64,000 nt of DNA from Octopus sinensis (Eukaryota). Numbering within the stretch: the first letter of the stretch is position 1; each line of letters starts with the position of its first letter. The stretch covers positions 124,001-188,000 of the forward strand of contig NW_021833116.1 in the NCBI RefSeq assembly GCF_006345805.1. Reading direction: 5' to 3'. The position numbers and the translations under genes were made by a program. Positions 1 to 12,496 of this stretch are shown one piece after another. The notes beneath the pieces are model-generated. The model did not search any database, had not been told where the DNA came from, and worked only from the letters and a program-made list of their open reading frames with translations.

Positions 1-822
1 CAAATGTTAAGACAGATCACACCTCCCAGCCAAAACCAATAAAAAATGAACATCCCCTCCAATAATCCGTTCATGGAGAAAACACACTGAACTGTGTATT
101 TTTTCCCGGCAATCTCTTCTCCCAACTCACGGATATAAAACTCACAGAGGGACTCTCGAGGGAATGCCGGAGACCATCTGCGGATTCCCGACATATAATT
201 CTGGGCGAATTGCCAACCATAAAACCCAAAAGTGCCACCAGAGAGGAGAATATCAGTCAACACAAACTGGAGTAGGACACTGAGTAAATACAGTATTTTG
301 CAAGTAATGTACGTCAAAGTGAGACAATTAGTACACCACTTTTTGTATGCTCTGTACTTGAAATGCAGATTAAAATGCATGAGTGATAGTTCGACAAGTT
401 CCTCTCTGTTATGTGTGTCGTATTTGGAAAATAGTTCTATTAGAGATGACAAATCGAGTCCGAAGTGTCCACAGTTGAGTCTCCAGAACAGTCTGGGAAG
501 TTGACAGAGGAATGCAAATGTGAGGAATATAAACTGTGTCCACTGATAATACCGAGGGTGGTGTGTCCCGGATGTGTTGACAGAGTGGATGTCCACAACC
601 CAGCAGACTGACTGAGTATATAACACATAGTCCACTGCAATAAAGCACATTATTACCATCATCTGACAAACACATAATTGGATTGAACAAACACTGAAAA
701 ACAGTCGCAATGACAGTAAACACAACTAACAGCAAACACGTATAAAAGTGAGTGACACGGTCATGAAAATGGTCGTCTCTCTGTGGCTCAAACACACTCT
801 TTACTACTTCCCAGAGGTCCAT
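1..822 (-). CDS. Innexin (gap-junction protein); 3' end runs off the window
   Basis: ATG at 822. Removing a 22-nt GT-AG intron (635-656) gives DD..DR..HFYT, NPIMC, VCW, YYQW, P.LFW, FPRESLCEFYIRELG and YTVQCV..MN....F..YWFW, which are the canonical innexin motifs. Confidence 0.92.
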
Positions 823-945
823 TTCCTGTGGCGTAATTACGTAATATATATGATGTGTTTAGTCAATTTATTTCGCATGGATCCTCACGTGAAACTATCG
901 ATTTCGCAATTAAAAATGAATTTATTAGTAAGGAAGGCAGACGAG

Positions 946-3900
946 TTATTCGACATCCTCAACTTGAGCATTGCCTGTCCCCTCAACCACTCCACGAATA
1001 TCATTCAGCTGACCCTCACTACCCACATTAGACAAAACACACCTTAGTCGAGTGAATCGAATTCCCAACAGAAAATTAAAATGTTCAACCACAGCCGCCT
1101 GCGATGGACGAAATTTGGCTCGATTGCTCACAATTTCAGACGCGTCGGGTTTTCTGTCAGAATTGAGCATTCTCTGCAATTCCACTGCATGGTTGGTGTA
1201 GTCCCTCAGTCGTTCACACACAGCCCTCGTCATCACGTGGGTGTCCCCCAACTTGCATGACCAACCCCATTCTAACCTCCTTCGAGTATATCCCACGGGC
1301 TCTTTGCTCACAGTTGATTGCCTCACGGAATCTATACACACCAGCATGGGCCTGAGCTTGCAGGACAAGTCCGAATGCCAGTTTAATCCTATCAGCAGGC
1401 GAGGAGGCACCCTCGACCAGGTCCACCGCACGACTGATGTAGTCCATCCCCACATCTGTGTCGTCCATGTGGAGCATAAGCATGCCGATGGTCATCTACC
1501 AATGACGAGTCAATATCACATTGATTCTGTAAAACTGAGGGTTGTTCTCTCCGCAGTACAGGAGAGTGAGATAACGTACTCGCCACATAGCGTTAACAGC
1601 CAAATCGACCTTCCCCACTGTGAAGGCGTAGAGTGCGAGGGATGTCTGAGTGTTGGAGAGGGAGGACTACCAAGGAGGAGATTGCATCGGGGGAATCCAC
1701 TCCGCCCAGTCTCTCACACATTATCACTGCCTGTCTCTGCATTTCAAAGGCATTCACAAATTCTCCAAGGATGTAGTTCACTCGACCCAGCAAGGTCACA
1801 GCAGACACCACCATCATGTGGAGGGGACCATAAATATGAGTCAATATCCCCAATGTCTCCGTGATCAGTTCATATCCCGCCTTCAAATGTCCTGCGGTAA
1901 TCAAGTACTTGGCCTGTGCGAGACACTGCATACAGTCCACAGACTACAATACACGTGACACTACTCACTTGAGGACTCACACACTTCACACGCGGATATA
2001 CCCCCACAATGTCGTCCTCGGTGAAGACGGGGTCACCGGGGGTCCCCACTTGCTCGAACAACCTCGGGTAGTCCCTGAGTGCTATCCTCACTCCCAGGAC
2101 AGTGCAGAACTGCCTCAACAACACAACTCGATTGACGTGTAGTTGGTCAGTCACAACGTCGACTGAATAGCCATAGTAAGTGGCCATCTCCTCTCTCACC
2201 AGTCCCCACAGACCATTGTAGTCCATGGTGGCCATAGTCGAGTATATTCGGGACTTGCCTTTCTTCCCCATCCTTGCAGTGAAAAGCAAACAGTTCATAA
2301 AATGTGAAATCGACATTGACAGTGCCAATGACACGACGGAATACATGCTTAATAGAACGTCCCACCAACTTTAACACGTCCTACAAGGTTATCACCCAAG
2401 CACAGACTGCTAGAAATGAGTCTTTCCCTGCCAAGGCCACCTCCCCCAAATAGCGGACGTTGATTCCCCTAAAATAGACCGAGTGAGGGCAACATGGCGT
2501 GCATATTCTTGACCAATTCACTCCCACAGAACTCATAACTCAGCTCACACTCATTCACTAATAACTCCACCTTCGAATGACACACCACTCATACCATGCT
2601 CGGGATTTGAGTCAGCACTATGAACTCACACAATTCTTTGTTCAGTCTTTTTTCCTTCTTCAATGCCTCGCTCTGAGAATTCACCCAACAATCAACCTCC
2701 ACACAACACACCGATGGCTGGTAAAGGTCAGGATTAAACCCAATCTTCATCTCCGTCTCTGAAAGGGACCCCACTTCTTCCAACGCCTCTTTCCAGCAAT
2801 CGGCATCAACCATATTACACAACAACCAACCATCCTCCTCAACCACTCCTTTCGATTTCTTCAGTCTGAGATATGCCTCATTCAGTTCCTTATTCTTTAA
2901 CCGGGAAAAGTAATCGAGCAATTCGGGACGGACTGCACATAATTTGTGTTCATGTCTTCGCGGGTAATCTTTGGCTCGCATTCTTTCATCAAATTCGCCC
3001 ACATCCATTCCATCCAAATAATTAATATCTGGGGGGAATGCGGTGGCCAAATCAAGAAGGTAACTTCTTCCATCACGTCCCACAATTCCCTTCGATTCGG
3101 CCGCAGACGCCAGTTCCACCTGTTCAGTTCCATCAGAAATATGCACACTGTGGCGAACCAACATGAACTCACGCGAAAATATATCCAACTGCAAATTTCC
3201 CGGCCAATACTACTTTGGCCATGAACTCGTCATTGGTCAGAATTGTTTTGGTGGTCAAAGTCTCCTTAGTTCCGTAAATGACCATTTCCTCCATTTTGTC
3301 CATAATGCCTGGGAGTAAGGGGGAGGGGAGACCGGCGATGAGGGACTGAGCACACACCCGTCTCCCGCAGTAGTCCACCACAACAGTCCCCAGAAAATGG
3401 ACATCCTTCTGCTCAACAGAAGAGAAAGCAGCAATTCCCTGAATATCCAAACTCTGGGCAGAATGGGCGGCCGAATCACCCCCCACCTGAGTATACGACT
3501 GAGCCACATCACACGCATTCGAAAAAAACATGTTGTTCCAAATATACACGTTGTTTCTACGGAATGAAGGAATCGACGACCTCTCATTCTCACTGGGGTT
3601 GGCTGCCATGATGCACCCATCAGTCACACTACAACAACCCAGCACGGCTGTCCCCAACATATCACAGTGCACCTTCCAATTAATAAACATGGAAAACTCT
3701 AAAAATATTTCTATCGCGGAAAATCCTCTCCCAGGGAGTATTAGTGGGCAGGTCTCGGGCAGATTGTAATTCCTCATTCCAATCACGGATATTGCAGGGG
3801 AGGTTGTCCTCAATCCCCAGTCGATTGGAAAACGCGTCCTCTGCTCTCAAATAGTCGGGGCAGTGAGCAATTGGAGGACTAAACCACGTGTAGTACTGAT

Positions 3901-4784
3901 GAGGAGTTGGGAGTCGTTCAAGGGAGTCCCTCGACCTCCTCCTCTCTACCAACCCCCCATAAATACGTTTAAAGTGGTGGGATATCTAAATAGTTCAAAA
4001 ACAGTCAACATTTTGGAGAAGATCGACAAGTGAGTGGTGGACTGTCGAATTGGGGGAGGGGGAGAACACGTGATCAGTCGAACTAAGAGTAAGCACAACC
4101 AGAGACTTGTTGGCGAAGAATCCGTGTACTGAGGATGTGATGTGGACTGTCCTGTCGTCATTGGTGATGACATATAAGTAGAGGAGATCCCCTCTCAGTC
4201 TTCGATTGCTGGGGGGAGGGTTCCACACACTGTAATTGAGCACTTTCAGACAGTTCTGGGGATGAGGTGTATGGGGAGTACTGGCTGGGGTTTGGAGAGT
4301 GGGTAAATATCCGTGAAACTCAAAGTGGACTTGAAGCTTTGATCTTCGAGGCGGGAAAGACAGGAGGGGGACTGAGCATTTATGCAGAGGAAGGCTTCCT
4401 CGTCGACAGGACGCAACAAGTCTCGAACATGTCGGACGTGGAGTCGTGCCTCTCTTAGAGTGTAGGGATCTCGGAGTTAGAGGGGACTAACCTTCCTCTA
4501 CTTTAATGGTACATCCATTTTGGAGTCCCACTTTTCCCATTTCTTCAAATCTATCGAGGAAAGTTCCATTTAGGCGAAGAGAGAAGCACGTTCGGTGGCA
4601 TTGGTCGTCGATGATTGCCTGTCTTAGTTCGAGGACTAACTCGTTGGAGGCGACCTAAATGGTTAGTCCTCTTTAAGAGCACATGGAAGTCGGAGGTCTT
4701 TTCAGGGGACTGCACTTTTACTTGAAAAACCATTCCTCCGGTACCATTTGTAGAAGAGGAGTCCTCGCCTACCATTACTTGCAT
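946..4784 (-). CDS. CLUH: Clustered mitochondria protein (CLUH/Clueless/TIF31), multi-intron
   Basis: Spliced N-terminus CHRTCFSL...PYTLREARLHVRHVRDLL, WNPPPSNRRLRGDLLYL, GRDGRSYLLDL, TPR region, and C-terminal TNHAVELQRML; many 20-30 nt introns. Confidence 0.93.
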
Positions 4785-4997
4785 GTGCTAAAAATATATT
4801 TATTATATTTTTTTAATATATTATTTATACTTCTACAATATTTATTAAATAATTTAAATATTTTTTCAAGAAAAAATATGACAAAGATTACTATAAATAT
4901 GTAATTTTAAGTTAACAGATTAATTTTCAAGATTTTTAAATTTTAAACTAATTAATTAAATTATTAGTATTAAATTAATTAAAAAATATACTCAACT
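4785..4997. promoter_or_regulatory. AT-rich divergent spacer between CLUH and NDUFAF5 (putative bidirectional promoter)
   Basis: 213 bp, extremely AT-rich, lying between two head-to-head start codons. Confidence 0.5.
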
Positions 4998-6133
4998 ATG
5001 CAATACGTGGGTACCCTAGTACAATTAAAAAATCTATCCACTCAATGGAGGACTCTACGACCCCAATCAACAGGCCTATTCGACAGAAAAGTGAAATTAC
5101 TCCACAAAAATTACAGTGCCCGGATAACCCACAAAGCACAATATCTAAAAGAACGAGTATAAATACCCCAACACCATTAGAGTGCAGAACAGCTGATAGA
5201 CAGACTATACGACATCAAGCGGTACCACATCACCAACATTCCAGTCAATTCCCCCTCACATTGGAAATGGGGGCAGACCGGGGTTACTTATCCTCATTCT
5301 TGGAGGGAGACATCACCAAATTCCTCCTCCAAACAGACCTCTCAAATCTAGTCAGAATTCCGCGTAGTGTCAATTCCACGGACTGCCTCCAAATGGACGA
5401 AGAACGGCTTGTTTTAAGACCTGAAATATTCGACTTAATTCTGAGCAATTTATAGTAGTCTGCCTCACTAATCAGCCTAGTCTGCACTGGACTAACGACT
5501 TGGGTGGTGTGCTGCACAATGTAGTACAATTCAGTCTATTTAGGCTGTCGGGCTGCTCAGACCGGAGGGGTGTTTCATTGCCTCACTGTTTGGGCAGGAC
5601 ACACTCTACCAACTCCGCCATTCCCTCCAACAGGCAGAACAAGACATCCTGGGAGTACTCCATGTCTCCATTTGTAGGGATTTGGGCTCCATGTCTCCCC
5701 CTTCGTCACTGTGGGGGCAATCGGGGATCTTCTCAGAAGGATTGGTCTCCGAGTTGTCACTGTGGTTGTGATTGAGGACACATTTGTAGGACATGGAGAG
5801 ACTGGAGGTGGGTTTCCCGTCCATGCTGGCACTCATGAGGGATCTCCAGTGGATGGGGGAGGCCAATTGTCTGGCCGGGAGGAATCACGTTCTCTCACGG
5901 AGGGTCCTTCGGAGGGCCCAGGAAATATATGAAAGGGACTTTCCCTTTGAAGGGGAGGGATGTGACTCCAGGGGGGCAGTGACTGCGGACTTTGATATTA
6001 TTTATGTGATTGGGTGGAAGACTGGGGATGAGGTTGATGGTTGGAGTCAGTGTAGACATCCAAGAGGGGTACCCCTGATATTTCATTCCAATCTCTTCAC
6101 GATATTTCTGATATTATAAAAAATACCACATGA
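4998..6133 (+). CDS. NDUFAF5: Complex I assembly factor NDUFAF5 (SAM-dependent methyltransferase fold, arginine hydroxylase)
   Basis: Spliced: LFDRKVK..YLKE, DRLYDIKR.FPLTLEMG, DEERL...FDLILSNL.LHWTNDL, LMRDLQWMGEANC, IYVIGWK; introns ~23-24 nt. Confidence 0.92.
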
Positions 6134-6178
6134 GGGAATTAATTTTTAAATAAAATATTTTGGGTTAAAATTATTTTC

Positions 6179-7263
6179 TCAGCTCTTTTTGTCTTCAGAT
6201 TGGGAAGTCCCCTTTATGCTCCCCACAAAAAACGAGGAGAGTAGCCTCTAAAATATAATAGTTTATTAAAAATATTCAAGTAAATAATAAAAATATATTA
6301 AAATATACAAATTTGGAATTTATTCGACTAAAGAATAATCTGAAATCTTGTCGAAAAGACGGAGAACTTTGTAGGAGTAGAAAGAGATTCAAGGCAAAAT
6401 ACGAAGTCCCCAAAATACTATCAAAGAGGACTTTGACAGAATTGATAATTAAAAAATGCTCAGCGTCGAAAGAAATGACAAAATTGACCAAAATGTAGAG
6501 GATTGAGCAGGGAATGTAGGTCACAATGTAAACTACAGAAATTGTCAAATTGACTTTAGTGGAGACGGGGAAGTTATATTCCCTGCCGGAGAGAGTTTTG
6601 TATTCCTTTTCAGTCCTCCGAATGGAAATAGTGGTGACCACGTTGAGGACGAGGATAATAATGGGGATAGCCATGAGGGGCACATTCGTGGCCAGGGAGT
6701 ATGTCCGGTAGTAGGGGATGGTCGAGTTGATGACCATGCAGGACAGTGTGCGGTGGTTGAACTCCCAGAAATAGAAATTGGGGACAGTGATGGCAATGTT
6801 GAGGAGGAATATCCCCACACACCCACAAATGGTCTTTTTGTAGGAAATGAATCGACTGACAAGGGGAATGCCGAACGTGCACAACTCGCACACACTGGCC
6901 AGGATGAGGAAGAAGGGGTGACTGTACTGCGAGGCAATGAACACGCTCACAAACACGGCACACCCAAAGTCATTGAAGAAGAGCTACAAATGAGAGAACG
7001 ACTGCCTTTAATTGTCGGTCGAGCACGAGTGTGTGCAACATGAGGGTCACCAGTGTCAGCAGGTCGGATATGACTAGAAAACAGATTATTACCATCGATT
7101 TCGAGTGCTTTTTCTTAGAACAGTGGAGAATTAGAAGGAGTAGTGCATTGGAGGGGATTCCGATTATTATCCACGCGTATTTGAATATGAAGGATATCAG
7201 CAGGGCCTTCGACTGTAAAGCCAAGTATTTGTGCACGGCGGGGGTCGTCCAGTTTGACGCCAT
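6179..7263 (-). CDS. Orphan rhodopsin-like (class A) GPCR
   Basis: Seven hydrophobic segments, G.P.N in TM1, L.ISD in TM2, Cys at the top of TM3 (NDFGC), TY.P in TM6, and SFR..F helix 8. ATG taken at 7263; the last exon to 6179 is inferred (unspliced stop at 6276). Confidence 0.75.
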
Positions 7264-8110
7264 TGTCTTGTTAGATATGATTTGATTTAAATACTTTCGC
7301 GAACGAACATTCCTTTGATAAATTTGTTTATGTTTTACAAATCTTATTGCTTGAGAATTAAACAAAATTTAATTATTTTATTTCAAAATATTTTCCTATT
7401 TTATTCTGTTTACTTCTCTTTTTTCAGTGCTTTTAAATGGTTTTCTTTTTTTAGCAAAAAGACCGACAACATTTGTAATTTGTTTGTCAATTATATTTTG
7501 AGCAATCGGGGAAATATTATTCATTCCTATTTATTGTCTATAATTTGTTTTTATCCCACAAAACAAATCTTTTGTTCGAGTTCACGTACAAAATCTTGGT
7601 CTTTGGTCAGAAATAGTTAATCAAAAAATACGTATTCTTAGAAATGAAAAATCTCTCAGGGGATCAATACGCTTCAGAAAATTCCCAAAACATGAAAAAT
7701 GTGAACAGCGTCACTTCTAATAAAGGAAGCCATTAATATACTTTCGATGAGTAAATTCCTCTTCCATGAGGTGTAGGTAGGCACAACTCTATTTAGTACT
7801 GTTTTGAGAGTTTATGAGTTGAAAAATGTGGAAAATGATATCTGAGAATCAGTTCCTAGGATGTATGTACAGATAAAGAGTTCAATAATTGAACAAAAAT
7901 ATACATTCTATTGATAAATGAATGAGAGTACAAAATGAGGAAGAATAAATGTGGTCACAAATATCAACCACATTATACCCGCAATACACCACAATTAACA
8001 AATTTTAAATTAATTAATAAAAAGAACAAGTTCGTCTAATAATTCTGGAGCACTCACGTGAAATAAGTACATCAACAGAGTTGCATTTTATGTAATAAAT
8101 AAAAAAGGTA

Positions 8111-8592
8111 TTAATAGAGTGATGTGGTGACATTTTCTACCCTTCGAACTACCATGCCGACAATGTTCTCAAGTTCCTGATTATCACTCAACCAGGCTAT
8201 ATAACCATCAGGAACAGTCCAAACCAACACAAAAGTCAGCTGTGACGACAAAAGTGACGAAAAAGCCCTCTTTCGTCCGATATGAGTAGAACTAGATAAG
8301 GCAGGACACTACTTGTTTGTTGCGATAGAATGAGTGGGACGATTCGTAGTGCCCGAGTCCTGACTTTTCAATCAGTTTGAGGTGTTTGTTGTATAGGAAG
8401 AAGGCGGGGGAGTGTGTATTCACATCTGAACTAATTTCGCCGACTGAAATGTCACTAAATGAATACTTCTAAACACAAATGTCCCGTAAGGATCGACTAT
8501 GGCTAGACCAATGACTCCCCTCGTTCTTTACTTTATGTCTTAAATAAATACTTGTTTATGAATTCAGTTGCGAGTGCGTGCACACCAGACAT
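8111..8592 (-). CDS. LAMTOR3/MP1-like roadblock-fold protein (Ragulator subunit)
   Basis: Four 20-34 nt introns yield ~125 aa: MSGVHALATEFINKTRGVIGLAIVDPYGTF...SGLGHYESSHSFYRNKQFYSYRTKEGFFVTFVVTAD, which parallels LAMTOR3 (GLHAIVVSDRDG...LGLSKNKSIICYY..QVVQF...VVSFIAS). Confidence 0.55.
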
Positions 8593-8711
8593 AAAATATA
8601 TATTTAATTAATAATTATTTTATTATATACAAATTATACACAAATGTCTTTTATTGCTTTAATATACATATTAGTCTCACTCCCTATTATCTCATCTGAG
8701 AATGCATATAC

Positions 8712-9628
8712 CGGGGGTGTCAAAGATACGGCCCGCGGGCCAGCTCCGGCCCGCGGACGATCTCAAATGGCCCGCGGTAAAAGTTTAAAAGTGTATTTAA
8801 AATCTAAAATTATTATTTAACACCAATAAAAATAAAAGAATCTATAATCTAGAATATAATAAAAATAAAAAAATTATTACTTAAAAATAATTAATTGTTT
8901 TTGGATTTATATTATTCTAATTGTTTTTCTTGTCTTGTGCTGATGCCTTTTTCAACTAAACGCAAAGTTGATACAGAATGCAGATCTTTTCAAAAAAGGG
9001 CAAACTGGAATATTCTTTGCCGATTTAAATCGGAAACCTACTTGTTGGTCTGTAGACAAGAAATTCTGTCAAAGAATATAACATTCGACGACACTACCAA
9101 ACCCATCATGCTCATGAATACAATAATTTGATGGGAAAAATTAGAAAAGAGAAGAAATTGATTTGAAATGTGACTTAGATCTGAAGAATAAGTATTCCAT
9201 GGTGGGCTTAGACACCTTTTATAAATATCTCTTGCCGAAGTATCCCAACTTAACAGCCTCAGCTGCGAAAATCTTGTCAATGTTTGGAAGTACATATTTA
9301 TGTGAACAACTTTTTTCTTTAATTAACATAAACAAAATTTCGATCAAGGCTCACCCCACACTCATCTAAGTGAGATTCTAAGATTGACGGTAACTCAGGA
9401 TTTCACTCCAGATATTGACGCTATTATGAAGAAAAAAAGATGTCAAGTTTCTGGAACATATTTTAATTATAAAAATTATAAATGTGTTTTAATGATTTTT
9501 TTTAAATTAAATTATAACTTAAAAATCATAGTACGAATTTTGTTAAATCAAAAATAAATAGTCTGGCCCGCGGAGCCTAAAATTTTTTAATCCGGACCCG
9601 AGGAAGAAATGAGTTTGACACACCCCTG
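8712..9628 (+). mobile_element. hAT (Buster/Charlie/SPIN-like) internal-deletion derivative
   Basis: TIRs C(A/G)GGGGTGTCAAA, perfect 8-bp TSD GCATATAC (8704-8711 / 9629-9636), subterminal GGCCCGCGG repeats, and transposase N-terminal (KRKVDTECR) plus hATC C-terminal (FGSTYLCEQLFS) remnants. Confidence 0.9.
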
Positions 9629-9635
9629 GCATATA

Positions 9636-12443
9636 CAGTCAACCCTTTTATAATGAACAAAATGTCCACGTCAAAACATCATGTTCACTATTGTCTATAG
9701 CAGGGGTCACCAAACTTTTTGCACTCGCGGGCCGGATTGACCCCAACACAATGAACGCGGGCCGGAGCACGTGCATAGGATTATAATTTTACTAGAAATT
9801 CATAAGTGTGTTTTTTACAATAAAAACTAATTTAAACAAAAATAAAGTAAACAAAAATTTTAATGAGAGCTATGGAACTGTGATCTTTTTTTGATAAGTT
9901 CATCAATATTTGGTTTTAAATTGCTGCATCCTATCATGAGAATTGATTTTAAGTGTCCGTCAGTCAATCTTGCACGATGGGCAGACTTAACATATTTCAT
10001 CCTCGAAAACGTTTGCTCACATTGGTAAGTTGTGCCAAATATAGAAATCATCTTTATCGCAAAATTCTTTAGTCTCGGAAACTCATCATCCTTGAGATAT
10101 TCGTAGAACTCAGCGAGTTTGGTCCGTCTGTGACAATCTTTGAGCTGTTCATTTGATTGTAAGTCAATAACTTCTAATTGTAATTCATGTTGAACATTTT
10201 CAACATTACAAGAAAATGGATTTTCGAACAAAATTATATCGCTTTCAATTTTGTCAAGTTCAGAAAACTTATGTAAAAAATGATGTTTTAATTCTTTGAT
10301 AATTCCAATTTGGAAAGTAATGTCGATCTCATTACAGTTTGCCTCACAAAAACTTTTAAAACAAGAAAAGTGTGAAAACTGACGTACTCCAAGTTGTGAC
10401 TCGAATAACATCAATTTTGTGTCGAAATGCTTTAATTATCCTGTAGAAATCACAAATTAAGTTTTCCTTTCCTTGTAATTTCAGATTTAGCTCATTCATG
10501 TGAGTTGTAACATCAACCAAAAATGATAATTTTGATAGCCAAGCAAGATCTGATAATTCGGGATAATAGTTATTTTTACTGGTTAGAAAAATATCAATCT
10601 CACTTCGGAGTTTATAAAATCTATTTAATACATTACCACAGCTAAGCCATCTAACTGCAGTGTAATATGGTAAGTCAAAATATTCAGATCCAAAATCGTC
10701 AAGTAAAACTTTAAACTGACGGTGATTAAGTGAGCTCCCTCGAACAAAGTTTATTATGCGAATAACTGGATTCAACACACATGAAATATTAAGAGCCTTC
10801 GCACATAGTGCGTGCTGATGAAGGATGCAATGAATGAACAAAGTGTTTGAAATATGTAATTCCTCCAATTTATTAGTTATTTGCCCAACTAGACCCTTTT
10901 TAGAACCAGCCATATTCTTTGCCCCGTCAATCGTAACACAACTCAGTTTCTCCCATTCAAGGTTATAGTCACTTATAGTTTGTTCCAATTCATCAAAAAT
11001 ATCTTTTCCAGTGGTTGTTCCATGAATAGAACAAACAGATGCCAGTTCTTCAGTTATGGAAATATTCTCATCAACTCCACGAATAAATAAGAAGTTGCGA
11101 TGTTCCCGAAATGTCAACTGACTCATCCAATGCAAGAGAATACCACAACATATTACTTGTCTTTTCACAAATTTGTAAATATATATTTTTCCAAGCTCTT
11201 CAGTTCTCCGTGATACAGAACTCGCCGACAAACTTATTCCATCAAATAAGGAAGAATTTAGTGGGCACAAACAATTAACTGCTTCAATAATGCAATTTTT
11301 GATATACATCCCATCACTAAAGGGTTTCCCGTGTTGTGAAATAATTTTCGTTATCTCGTATCCAGCTCTTGTTACATTTTCATTATTTTCAAAATTTTTT
11401 TTTATAAGGCCTTGTTGAATTTGTAAAGTGCGTTTCAGTGATTCAACTTTATCCTCACGTAGCTTTCCAGTGTACTTGGAATATATCGGAGCATGATTCG
11501 TTTCATAATGACGTCGAATGTTATACTCCTTCATAACAGAGAGATGTTCGTGGCATATTAAACAATAAGCTTTCTGCTTTAATTCATCTTTCGCAAAAAA
11601 ATACTTCAATTCCCATAATTTATTGAATACACGGCATTCGCGGTCAACCTTTCTTTTCATATTAGACATAGCAACAAAGAAAAATTTAACGTTAATGCTG
11701 ATAAGTTTTTTTTCGAATTAAATCTTGCAAAATAGTTTAATTTTTTAATTAAAGTTTTTATTTAAGTTAATTATTAAGGTATTAATTGAATATCTCGAAA
11801 TAGTGCGCGGGCCGGATAAAATGTTGTCGCGGGCCGGATCCGGCCCGCGGGCCGTAGTTTGGTGACGTCTGGTCTATAGTGAACAAAAGGAATCAAAAAA
11901 CATAAACAATATTAAAGTATAAATTACAAAGATTATTTAAGATTTTAATCATGTAATCGGTGATTTTTTGAGAATGATTAGTTTGATAATTTTTTAAAAT
12001 TTTTTGTATTCGTATATTTTCCTCTTTTTTCATAATCATTCTCAAGAAACCATAATTCAAGCGCCTTCGCATATTCACTAGCTTCATATAGTGTCGGAAC
12101 ATAAATTTTTTCATCTTCCTCTCAACTTGGTCTTGCTGTTTTAGTTTTCTCGCAAAGTTTTGTATAAAGTTTTCGTCGTCAATTTGATCATTTTCATGAA
12201 TCAAAAAATTTTCTCATCTATTTCTTCTATTTCTGTCAGGTTCTGTATTAACGCATTTTCAATTCTATGAGCCATTCTGAGAATAACCATATGTCATCCA
12301 TGCTTTTTATTTGATTTGTATTCCACTTGTAAATTATTAATTAAATTCTTCTTCCTTTAAAGCAGCGTGGATTTTTGGAATTACTAATATTTGTTATTGT
12401 AGATTGCATTAATATGGCCTTTCACTATAGAGAGGGTTGACTG
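9636..12443 (-). mobile_element. pogo/Tigger-like Tc1-mariner remnant hosting a hAT insertion
   Basis: TIRs CAGTCAACCCT..TATA.TGAAC at both ends with TA flanks; DDE_1 remnant SKNPRCFK...NKKAWMT at ~12290-12380. Confidence 0.75.
9701..11871 (-). mobile_element. Near-complete hAT (Buster/SPIN/OC1-like; GTF2IRD2-type) DNA transposon with frameshifted transposase
   Basis: TIRs CAGGGGTCACCAAACT / AGTTTGGTGACGTCTG, 8-bp TSD GTCTATAG; ORFs 10356-11669 and 9860-10414 carry BED-type CLIC..H..H, TIDGAKNMAG, HCILHQHALC, VRWLS and FGTTYQCEQTFS. Confidence 0.93.
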
Positions 12444-12496
12444 TATCACCGAGCAAAAACATGTTTTAATTAGTGAAACAAATAGAAATGGTGTAT

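Noticed and set aside
1241-6086. Long antisense ORFs overlapping CLUH and NDUFAF5 (e.g. 1241-1864, 5575-5866), and likewise 33101-33469 opposite the ApoL-like exon
   Set aside because: Shadow frames expected opposite coding sequence; no motifs of their own
7500-8040. Possible small multi-intron gene on the minus strand
   Set aside because: Several GT..AG candidates exist, but no consistent frame or recognisable family could be built
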